Source: Macrostomum hystrix
Lineage: Eukaryota; Animalia; Platyhelminthes
Direction of reading: 5' to 3'
Assembly: GCA_950097015.1 (NCBI GenBank)
Contig: CATNEN010000001.1
Location: 11,656,001-11,720,000, forward strand
Length of the DNA: 64,000 bases
Positions 37,283 to 47,591 of the stretch are shown here, one piece after another (the stretch's first letter is position 1; each line of letters opens with the position of its first letter). The position numbers and the translations under genes are program-made. Under the pieces are notes generated by a model. It saw only the letters and a program-made list of their open reading frames with translations, had not been told where the DNA came from and did no database searches.

Positions 37283-37492
37283 AAATTGAATGCAAAAATG
37301 TTGGCATTCTACTGCCAGTAGGCTACTGAGGACCCGCAAGAATTCCCTGCTGGAGTCAGAAATTAGAATGCAAAAATGTTGGCATTCTACTGCCAGTAGG
37401 CTACTGAGGACCCGCAAGAATTCCCTGCTGGAGTCAGAAATTAGAATGCAAAAATGTTGGCATTGCTACTGCCAGTAGGCTACTGAGGACCC
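37283..37492. repeat. 78-bp tandem triplication upstream of the RNF14-B start
   Basis: atgcaaaaatgttggcatt at 37290, 37368 and 37446; a single copy precedes RNF14-A (~26668). Confidence 0.92.
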
Positions 37493-37514
37493 AATTCTAA
37501 TTGTTGCAGCCAGC

Positions 37515-40500
37515 ATGAGTCGAGAATGCGTGGAGCAGGAGTTCGAGATGCTGGACAGTTTCTACTCAGCTGAGCAGCTCCAGAAGGAGATGTCGGATGG
37601 CTGCCCAGTTGGAGGCACATTCAGGGCGCAGGTTCGAATCCCGGAGTCGGGGCTTCGGCTGCAGGTCGGAGAGAATCGGCACGAGCTGCGGTTCTTGCCT
37701 CGCCTGGTGCTGCAGTTTCAGCTGGGCGGCGGCTACCCGGAGAGCGCGACGCCTCGCTTTCGCCTGTCCTGCAGCTGGCTCAGCGTCTCTCAGCTGGTTG
37801 CCATTGGCAACCGACTGCGCGAGCTGGCTGCGGAGAGAGCAGGCGAGCCGGTGCTTTGGTTCTGGTTCGAGTTTCTCGAGCGGGAGCTTTGGCACTTCCT
37901 GGAACTGGGCCCTGAACTCAGCTTCCACGGCTGGGCTGGCGAGCCTGGCTTTCACACCTTTGACAACAACTTCTCGGTTGTTCAGTTGGAGATGTCGAAA
38001 TCGGACCTGGAACAGGAGATGCTGGCTGTCGATGCGGAGGAGAGACAGCTGCAGTTTCTTCGAAGCTTTCACGAGTGTCCGGTGTGCGTCGGCTTGAAGT
38101 CCGGCAGCTCCTGTGTCAAATTCCGGCCCTGCGGTCACGTGTTCTGCGACTCCTGCGTCGCTTCGGCGTTTCGAGCCCTGCTGGAAGCTGACAGACCTGA
38201 CAGGTTCGGCTGCCTGCAGTGCTCTGGCGATGGACAGACGCATGTTGGTGGGTGGTTTCATGCAGGCATCCCACTTGTGGTTTCCCGTGCCCTATTTCTC
38301 TTATCCCTTGACCCACTATTACCTGGTCCCTTGACCCACTATTGCCTGGTCCCTGGACCCACTATTCCCTGATTCCTTGACCCAGTAATTCTTGATCCCT
38401 TGACTCACTATTCCCTGATCCTTTGACCCAGTAATTCTTGATCCCTTGACTCACTATTTATTCCCTAGTCCCTTGACCTACTATTCCCTGATCGCTTGAC
38501 CTACCGCTATCTATCCCTTGATCTATCCGCTATCTATCCCTTGATCTACCCGCTATCTATCCATTGATCTACCCGCTATCTATCCCTTGATCTACCCGCT
38601 ATCTATCCCTTGATCTACCCGCTATCTATCCCTTGATCTACCCGCTATCTATCCCTTGATCTACCCGCTATCTATCCCTTGATCTACCCGCTATCTATCC
38701 CTTGATCTACCCGCTATCTATCCCTTGATCTACCCGCTATCTATCCCTTGATCTACCCGCTATCTATCCCTTGATCTACCCGCTATCTATCCCTTGATCT
38801 ACCCGCTATCTATCCCTTGATCTACCCGCTATCTATCCCTTGATCTACCCGCTATCTATCCCTTGATCTACCCGCTATCTATCCCTTGATCTACCCGCTA
38901 TCTATCCCTTGATCTACCCGCTATCTATCCCTTGACCTACCGCTATCTATCCCTTGATCTACCCGCTATCTATCCCTTGATCTACCCGCTATCTATCCCT
39001 TGATCTACCCGCTATCTATCCCTTGATCTACCCGCTATCTATCCCTTGATCTACCCGCTATCTATCCCTTGATCTACCCGCTATCTATCCCTTGATCTAC
39101 CCGCTATCTATCCCTTGATCTACCCGCTATCTATCCATTGATCTACCCGCTATCTATCCCTTGATCTACCCGCTATCTATCCCTTGATCTACCCGCTATC
39201 TATCCCTTGATCTACCCGCTATCTATCCCTTGATCTACCCGCTATCTATCAGATCCCGCCCTGGTGAAGCGGCTGCTATCTCCGGACGAGTTCGCCAAAT
39301 ACGAGCAGCGCTTGTTCGACGCCGCACTCAGCACAATGGGCAGCTTGGACACCTGCCCGCGTTGCCAAGCAACAGTCCTAGTTGACAGGTCTGATAGCAG
39401 AAATCTGGCCCACTGTCCCGCCTGCTATCACGCCTACTGCCAGCTGTGCAGGGCCACTTATCACGGCAAGGAGCCCTGCCAAATTAGGGGCTCCAGTCTG
39501 GAACAGGTTATGGAGGCCTACATGTCCGCCGAGGGCGATAAGCGCTACAGAATGGAACAGCGCTACGGTTTGTCCAGGCTGAGAGCTCTGGAGGACGAGT
39601 GCCGAACTCAAAAGTACATGCAGGAGCAGCACAGGTGTCCTGCGTGCAAAGCCTACGTTGAGGTGTGTAAATACCCTGGTTAACCTGGTGTAGATTTTCT
39701 CGGATACCGTTATCCTACTGTGAGATGCCATTATCCCACCGTGAAATTCCATTATCCTACTGTGAGATGCCATTATCCTACTGTGAGATGCCATTATCCT
39801 ACTGTTAGATGCCATTATCCTACTGTGAGATGGCATTATCCTACTGTTAGATTCCATTATCCTACTGTGAGATGCCATTATCCCACTGAGATGCTATTAT
39901 CCTACTGTTAAATGCCATTATCCTAATGTTAGATGCCATTATCCTACTGTTAGATGCCATTATCCTACTGTTAGATGCCATTATCCTACTGTTAGATGCC
40001 ATTATCCCACCGTGAGATGCCATATCCCACCGTGGGATTCCATTATCCTACTGTGAGATGCCATTATCCCACTGAGATGCTATTATCCTTCTGTTAAATG
40101 CCATTATCCTAATGTTAGATGCCATTATCCTACTGTTAAATGCCATTATCTTAATGTTAGATGCCATTATCCTACTGTTAGATGCCATTATCCTACTGTT
40201 AGATGCCATTATCCCACCGTGAGATGCCATATCCCACCGTGGGATACCATTATCCTACTGTGAGATCCCATTATCCCACTGTGAGATCCCATTATCCAAC
40301 TGTGAGATCCCATTATCCCACTGTGAGATCCCATTATCCTCTGTTAGATCCCAAAGATCATTGTTCTAACAAAAGCGCAGCAAGTTTTCTCTCTTCAACT
40401 TAATTGCCTTCAGAAGTCGGATGGCTGCAACAAGATGACCTGCTTCAGCTGCAAGGCCTACTTCTGTTGGCTTTGCTCATGTATATTGGACCCATTCGAT

Positions 40501-40608
40501 CCATATCGGCACTTTCGCATTTCCTCCGCAGCAGCGGCGGGGGCTGTTCCTAAAGGCTGCGCTGGAAGACTATTCGAAGGAATAGTGACTGAAAATGATG
40601 ATGACTGA
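37515..40608 (+). CDS. RNF14: RNF14/ARA54-like RWD-RBR E3 ubiquitin ligase, paralogue B (3 exons)
   Basis: Exons 37515-38247, 39253-39662, 40414-40608; same intron positions and phases as copy A. RING2 CPACKAYVEKSDGCNKMTCFSCKAYFCWLC; MEQRYG linker typical of RNF14. Confidence 0.92.
38305..39250. repeat. 23-bp minisatellite (with degenerate related units) in intron 1 of RNF14-B
   Basis: tatcccttgatctacccgctatc x ~32 from ~38500, running into the AG acceptor at 39251-39252; degenerate cccttgacccactatt units at 38305-38500. Confidence 0.96.
39708..40350. repeat. 21-bp minisatellite in intron 2 of RNF14-B
   Basis: ttatcctactgtgagatgcca, ~30 units. Confidence 0.95.
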
Positions 40609-40675
40609 TATTTTGGTGTGAGTTTTTAAATAGGCTTTTTATTTTTTAATGGCCATAAAAATCTCAGCGAAGCTT

Positions 40676-41512
40676 TCATTGAGTCATCTAGACCTAACCT
40701 GAACTCATTTGAGTCATCTAGACCTAACCTGAACTCATTTGAGTCATCTAGACCTAACCTGAACTCATTTAAGTCATCTAGACCTAACCTGAACTCATTT
40801 GAGTCATCTAGACCTCACCTGAACTCATTTGAGTCATCTAGACCTCACCTGAACTCATTTGAGTCATCTAGACCTCACCTGAACTCATTTGAGTCATCTA
40901 GACCTAACCTGAACTCATTTGAGTCATCTAGACCTCACCTGAACTCATTTGAGTCATCTAGACCTAACCTGAACTCATTTGAGTCATCTAGACCTCACCT
41001 GAACTCATTTGAGTCATCTTGACCTCACCTGAACTCATTTAAGTCATCGAGACCTCACCTGAACTCAATTGAGTCATCTTGACCTCACCTGAACTCAATT
41101 GAGTCATTCGAGACCTCACCTGAACTCATTTGAGTCATCTTGACCTCACCTGAACTCATTTAAGTCATCGAGACCTCACCTGAACTCAATTGAGTTTCGA
41201 GACCTCATCTGGACTCAATTGAGTCATCTTGACCTCACCTGAACTCAATTGAGTCATCTAGACCTCACCTGAACTCAATTGAGTCATCTAGACCTCACCT
41301 GAACTCAATTGAGTTTCGAGACCTCATCTGGACTCAATTGAGTCATTCGAGACCTCACCTGAACTCAATTGAGTCATTCGAGACCTTACCTGAACTCAAT
41401 TGAGTCATTCGAGACCTCATCTGGACTCAATTGAGTCATCTAGACCTCACCTGAACTCATTTGAGTCATTTAAACCTTATCTGGACTCAATTGAGTCATC
41501 TTGAGTTTATCT
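40676..41512. repeat. 30-bp minisatellite downstream of RNF14-B
   Basis: gagtcatctagacctcacctgaactcattt, ~27 units, with internal dyad actca(a/t)ttgagt. Confidence 0.96.
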
Positions 41513-42228
41513 GACCTGGAATTAAGTCTTCATAGCCGTTATTAGATTTAATTTATAACTTTAACCAGTTATCACGGAGTCATTAGTGCCATTAGGAAGT
41601 ACGTCAAGTTTTTAATACATTTCTGTTTTTGTTGAAATGCTCGTACCTGATTGGTTATGAGAATTAATTGTTCAATGGGTTGGTGCCAAACTTTGTGATG
41701 CAATCAGTCATGTTTTTTCATTTTCGTTTTGTTTCTATTTGTTGGTTTTGCTGAGTTTATATAGTTTATGACTCGTATGACTCGACTGTACGCAAATTGT
41801 ACGATATATGTGAATATACATTCTACCTAGATACACACTTAAATCGCGGAAAACTAACATACGCAGTTATTAAATAAAATAACATATATATATTATTATG
41901 AAGCTATGTTTGAGTATCCCATCAGAGCCTGAGTCGCATTGTTCTAATCTCATTAATCTTTTACGGTCCCATTGTGTGGAAGCGACCATCAAGGCAGACT
42001 GTTGTTGGGCAGTGGATTGTGAAATTGCCTTAACTTATTTGAGTAGGTCAGAATGACTTATATTTACTGAGCATTGTCATTCTGTGACTAATAGGGTACG
42101 CCTAAATAGGTTTCTATGGTAACCGCATGCAATCTGATTTATTAATAAGTAACGGAGGACTCTTACACACTTTATATAAAGTAGAAAGCTACCTGTATTA
42201 ATGAAGTGTTAATTGAGCACATTTCATC

Positions 42229-44891
42229 ATGGCAGAGAAGCACTATCATGCCAGGTGTTGGTCCCTGCCTCGTGGAGCACTGATTCCAGAAAATTGGTGA
42301 GTTAAATAATTTGACTAGACTCATAATTATAATAATAATAATTGCAGGAGGGCTGCGGGCAATGGCACACCATTTGGTGACACTAGACCCGCAGCCTGCG
42401 AGGAGGCAATTCTACACACGTTAAGCTGACTCCTGAGCACACGCGCACACAGGTGTGTACATCTGCCCTGACTTTCTCATCGTCAGGCAGTGTACACTCT
42501 CACAGTGCCTTGGAGGTTGGCCCTCATGGGCGTAAATTGCACGACTGAGCCACCAAGCCTTCTCTCCGCGGCTGCGAGTTCAGGAATCGAGCTCAAGGAC
42601 CTTGGTGCGAGAGGCAAACGCGTCAGACAACTCTGGCACCGATCCCCTTTGACTAGACTAGCAAAAATATTCTCATACAGCTTCATTATTTTTATGCGCG
42701 AATAATTTCGCCCAGGTCACCAGCCTCCACGATTCAGTGGGGCAACCAGCAGACATTGTTCCCGCTGTCTCCAAGGTCCCTGATGTTGCGGCGCGCACAG
42801 CCTAGCAGCCGGCTCGAGGAGCTAGCCAGGCCGAAGGACTTCTCAGCCTTTCAAAAGGCGCTGTGAGTTTCTCGGCAAAGACTGGGAGGCGGCTTTTTCA
42901 ACGGGAATTTCGTCTATGGCCCCCTGACAATTATTTGCGCTGGACTCGAACGGAGCAACGAAGCCTCTTCCTACACACGAAACTCAAGAACACGGGCCAA
43001 ATTTTTGTTGTGCATCTTCTGAAACAGAAATTAAGTGTTCTAGGCGAGGATGTTCTGTGGTTGAGCTTCGCCCAATATTAAGTCTTGATCAGCGGAATGG
43101 GAGAAATTCGCATCAGGGTGTCCATAGGCGGCTGGTGCCACTTGTTGAAGGTCAGAAGGCGAAACTGGTAATTAACCGATCTCGAAATCTGCAGCTACCG
43201 CGACCTTTACCTGTACTCCTGCGGCAGCCCGGAGCCCATCTGGCCGGTGTTATCGGCGGCGTTGAGCGCTCAATGTCCGCCTCGGGTGGCTGAGCTGAGC
43301 AAGCCGAGACCGAGACAGCGCTGCGATGTCAACAACCCGAAGGAGGAGAAGCGACGAAGTGTCGATCGTCGCCAGCTGCTAGAAGAGGTCAGCGATCGTC
43401 TGTTGGCGCTGAGCCGACCGAAGCCGCAGCCGCCTCCTCCGTCTTTGTCGGCAGATCGAAAAGCCAGTTCAGCAGTCCGGTTGTCGGTGTCAAGCGAGCG
43501 CCTGGCTCGACTAGCCACTGCGCCGTCGCGTAGGCAGCGACAGATGAGCTCCGGGCAGTTCAACAGTACATCCGATCAGCATAGCGACGACCTGATGAGG
43601 CAGCCGCGAGCAATGTCGAGTTGTGCGATGTCGCAACGGATGGAGCTGCTCAGCCTGCCTCGGCCACTGCCGGCTGGCTACGAGTTTCAGGCTAGCCGAT
43701 TCGAATATATTGGTGACCTTCTTATCGTCAATCGCCTTGACAGTCTACTTTCTACTCTCATTTTTTCCTCTTTTGTATCTCCCTAAACTATTCAACCAAT
43801 CACAATGATCATTCACACCACGCCTAAAATTTTCCGCTTTATCCATTGAAACAACTTCCAGAATCACAAAACATCGAGATATTCAACGATTCTTGTCGGG
43901 GGTATCTGGTGGCAAACACCGACAATATCAGCAAAACTTTTCCGCTCACAAGAGTTTATCTAGTAATCATGTCGGCTATCCTTTTTGGTTATATTATTAA
44001 TTTATGTTGCTGACGACGATGCTGAACGTCGGATGGCTTTGAAGTTAGTTTATCGTAAAGGGTTCGATCCAAATGGCGGACTATCACGAAAATCGGTCAT
44101 TCGGTTTGGGAGCTGTTGCGAAGTAGGCAGTGTCTATTTGAAATAGCCCCGTGGTCCCCCCAAGGGGTAGAAATAGCCTGGTCTTTGTACTGTTGAGGGG
44201 GGATCGGTGGCAGAGCGGTTAACGCGTTTGCCTCTCGCACCAAGGTCCCTAAGTTCGATTCCGCGGCGAGGCCACATTCATTTGGGGCGCAGCCGCGGAG
44301 AGAAGGCTTGGGGGCTTGTCGTGCAATTGACGCCCTCGAGTGCAAACCTCCAAGGCACTGTGAGAGTGTACACTGCCTGACGATGAGAAAGTCAGGGCCG
44401 ATGTACACACCTGTGTGTGCGTGTGCTCAGGGGTCAGCGAAATGGGCAGAATTGCCTCCTCGCTGGCTGCGGGTCTAGTGTCACCAAATGATGTGCCATT
44501 GCCCGCAGCCCTCCTGAAATTATTGCTATTATTATTTTTATTCTACAGTTGTGGACTGACCCTTTAGAGCGTCAGTTTGAGAAACTGAATTCAGGCTGCA
44601 ATCATTCAAATTCAGGCTGCAGATCCCAGACGCCAAGTTCCCCACACGGCTCTGTCCTGGATGGCCTCTGAGCGCATCGATCAGCTAGCCCAGCCTCGCC
44701 GCCGACCCGGCATGCACGAGCTGAACACTCGCATGGACGCCTTCTCCGTGTCGTCAGCCGCTTTAGTAGGCTCCGCTCCGACTGGACAGCGGCGAAAGAG
44801 TCGCGGACGACAGATGCGGGAATCTCCACCGGCACCCGAACCAGCTGATGAAGATGACACTGGCGCGGAGGAAGTCTGCCAGAGGGAATGA
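42229..44891 (+). CDS. THEG (testicular haploid expressed gene) repeat protein, 4 exons
   Basis: Exons 42229-42296, 42716-42862, 43195-43712, 44623-44891 join in frame. WGNQQTLFPLS, IWPVLSAAL and repeated R(L/I)xxLAxP(K/R) units (RLEELARPK, RVAELSKPR, RLLALSRPK, RMELLSLPR, RIDQLAQPR). Confidence 0.82.
42325..42648 (-). mobile_element. SINE family B in THEG intron 1
   Basis: Reverse complement of the 44197-44540 type, with (taa)n tail. Confidence 0.85.
44090..44194. repeat. Short dispersed repeat, probably a MITE terminus; inverted copy at ~51645-51727, related sequence at ~22908-22970
   Basis: tcggtcattcggtttgggagctgt...gaagtaggc...cttt.tactgtt is shared in inverted orientation with 51645-51727. 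Confidence 0.6.
44197..44540 (+). mobile_element. SINE family B, full length (THEG intron 3)
   Basis: tRNA-like head tggcagagcggttaacgcg...gttcgattcc; 3' stem-loop ggctgcggg...cccgcagcc; (att)n tail. Confidence 0.88.
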
Positions 44892-44897
44892 GGCCGA

Positions 44898-45145
44898 ATT
44901 GTAGCCTAGTGGTTAGAGAGACGAATTAATGACTTAAAGGTCGGGGGTTCGATTCCCCACTTCACTGGAATAACTTGCGGCCTTAAACAATACACTTAAC
45001 TCAGTTCACACAGCTGGCAAATGGATAATTGAGAGTGGGTGTGGCGTCCCACCCGGTCCATGGACTGAACAGCCGTACGCAGATAGCTGCGGCTGTGCTG
45101 TCGGCTGCCCATCTGGCCCAATTGGGACAGGTTTAATAAACTTTT
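44898..45145 (+). mobile_element. SINE family A immediately after the THEG stop
   Basis: tgtagcctagtggttag...ggttcgattcc...catctggcccaattgggacagg, ending in AATAAA at 45135. Confidence 0.8.
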
Positions 45146-45785
45146 ATTTTTTATTATTGAACTTCATCGATAGCAGGAATTTAGTCAGAAACTTTAGCTG
45201 TCTAAATACGCTTTACACACTTCCTCTCTGAATGAGCATATTGTCTATTGCAGAAGTTAAATTCCAGCGAAACAAAGTAGGAAATTTGTTTTAATACACG
45301 AATTTTTCTCCCAACTGATTGTTTTTTATACTGACAAATACTTTCATTCGAAATTTTACATTTTTGTTTAAATTCGCTGGATAAATTTGAATTTTGTTTT
45401 GTTTAAATTGACGATGTTTTTTACGAACTGAATTTACTGTTTCAAAACAAAGAACAGTTTCTTTTAAATTGTCAATATGCTTATTTGATACTTAAATCTG
45501 CGACTATAACGAATACCGCGTTTTTTCAAAATAATAGTACGAGCTATAAAAATATACCAGCAATTTTCAAAGCCAGAAAATAGCTTGCCAGTGCCTAGGC
45601 GAACAAAAAAACATGAGTTGAAGTAATTTGAGCGATCATGATAAGTTTAAATAAAACGTTTGTGAGTAGTAATTTCTCAATCATTCTCTAGTCCCAATTT
45701 CTAAATGTAGTGTTCTCGTCATATTACCGTATTTTCCCGATGATTTTCGAGGGCTATGACACTGTTAACATGGTTAATAAAATAT

Positions 45786-47027
45786 TTAACTTCGGAGAAT
45801 CAGTGCCGGAATTGGCTGTCCAACAGACAGTTTTGAGTTCGCCGAGTCAAGCATTTTTCTGAGGTGATCTCGCAGATGAAAGGTTGATTCTCGACAGAAT
45901 CGTTGATCAAAATCGCAGAGCACGTCTCTGAGGTCATAGAGCAGTCTGGCGCACAGCAGGTAGACTGTTCCAAGCTTGCCTCCTTTGAGCAGCTCAACGA
46001 ATTCCTTCTTCCGATTGCAATTGAAACTGCTCAGTGTTTTCAGCAGCTTTGCTCCGGGTTCTTCTGCAGCAGTTGACACAGACGGGTAGTCGCTAATCTG
46101 ATCCGATTGGAGCACAACCTTGCACAGCGGCTGGCCGTCACAGAATGGGCAGTCGCAGTCGTGCAGCAGAACCGTGGCCTCGTTTTGTCCGGCTAGAAAG
46201 CTCGACAATGTCCTGTTGGTCTTCTGGCCCTTGAAGCGGACAGTCTTTACTGACACCTTTCGAACGGTTTTGCCTCGCTTGTCTTTGATGGCAAAGTCGT
46301 ACTTTTGCTCTATGCTAACCACTGTATGATCAGTGTACTGCTCCCAGAGGCAGACGCAGACAAGAGCGTGAAGCTCTTCGATCAGGGAGCGAATGGCCTT
46401 TCTATCGTTTTTTTCGCTAATTGCGTACAGATCTGCTAGGCTTGGGATTTCCGCGCCTATGGACGGAGCCAAGTGGAAAGACTTGCTCGCCTCCGTTGTT
46501 AGCAGGTACATTATCGGAGCTAGACAGGAATCTTCTGAATAGAACGCTGGTATCTCTGCAAAGGCGTGCAGGTGTTTCCACAATGATCCAGATGCTTCTT
46601 GGCTATGGCTGTCTGGCGGGGCGAGCTTCCATAGCACCGGCTTGCCGCAGCTGTCTGACCTGATTTTTGTCACCTCGACGAGACTATTGAATATTTCGTA
46701 AAACTGCTCGTGAAGGCTGGCTAGGTCGGCATACAATGTGACGTCACCGTTCCGGGTGGATGATTTTTCGCAGCAAGTCAGCAGCACTAGGCGGGCCAGC
46801 TTCTGAACAAAGCCCGGCCTCTTCTTCAGCTCTTCAATGTTGTCGACGGCTTGCAGCTCCGCCAGCAATACTTCCTGGAGTTTGTGGACAAGCTCTCGAG
46901 ACTGCGTCACCGACCTTGGTCCCTCTGGTTTGTTTGGTGTCTTTGTTTCTTTCTGGAAGTCCTTCATTAATTTATCGAGCTCTTGGAGCGCGGTGCGGAT
47001 CTTGTGTGTGCTCACCGCTATGGACAT
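45786..47027 (-). CDS. Uncharacterised 413-aa protein (single ORF)
   Basis: Long non-repetitive ORF in GC-balanced sequence with AT-rich flanks; HxCxCxxC...C cluster. No family recognised. Confidence 0.8.
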   Translation of the reverse strand: MSIAVSTHKIRTALQELDKLMKDFQKETKTPNKPEGPRSVTQSRELVHKLQEVLLAELQAVDNIEELKKRPGFVQKLARLVLLTCCEKSSTRNGDVTLYADLASLHEQFYEIFNSLVEVTKIRSDSCGKPVLWKLAPPDSHSQEASGSLWKHLHAFAEIPAFYSEDSCLAPIMYLLTTEASKSFHLAPSIGAEIPSLADLYAISEKNDRKAIRSLIEELHALVCVCLWEQYTDHTVVSIEQKYDFAIKDKRGKTVRKVSVKTVRFKGQKTNRTLSSFLAGQNEATVLLHDCDCPFCDGQPLCKVVLQSDQISDYPSVSTAAEEPGAKLLKTLSSFNCNRKKEFVELLKGGKLGTVYLLCARLLYDLRDVLCDFDQRFCRESTFHLRDHLRKMLDSANSKLSVGQPIPALILRS

Positions 47028-47591
47028 TCTCGGGCTAGTCGGTTGTGAGAATTTTACCTGCTCATCCTAGCTCGGTTAGAGTTTTTACGGTCGTTTTCAG
47101 AGCCGAAAAAGCGAACAATTGACGCTTGAAAAGATGCGACAAAATTTTCCAACCCTAAATAGCAGTGTTGAGTCGCAAGTTCTCCTGCTTTTAGCAGAGT
47201 GCAAAGGTAGTTTATATTGCTCAAATTGAGCACACCTTTATTCATTCGCAAAGTAAGTCTACACAGAATTAGCATCAGCGAGATATTAAAGGAATCAAAA
47301 AAGCTAAGCAGAAAGCAGTATTTGCTAGCATCGTGAAGCCTAAATTTAGCTCGTAGTTATTCGAGAACGCTTGAGACCTTGTGACTAATGTTTTCGTCTC
47401 AATTTGGCGAGTATATTAGACTGCAGTCTTTTGAGTAGGCTAAAACTTTCTCGGTAGCTCTTTTGAGCAATCATCGCCTTCGAAGCAATTTAAAAATGGA
47501 GGTGAGCTCACTGTAATCCTTAGTGACGCAACACTTTGTTATGCCACGCAAATTTTATCGCTCATGTTGAGAATCCCACTGAAATACTCAA

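Noticed and set aside
35925-41512. CRISPR-like appearance of the 30-52 bp arrays
   Set aside because: Head-to-tail repeats without unique spacers, no cas genes, eukaryotic context.
44375-44396. CTGACGA-TGA-GAAA-GTC resembles a hammerhead core
   Set aside because: No room for stems II and III; better explained as the hairpin CTGAC...GTCAG.
44450-44515. GCCTCCTCGCTGGC in SINE B matches the P3/L3 segment of the HDV ribozyme
   Set aside because: No upstream P1 partner or proper J4/2; the following bases instead pair in a simple 3' hairpin (ggctgcggg/cccgcagcc).
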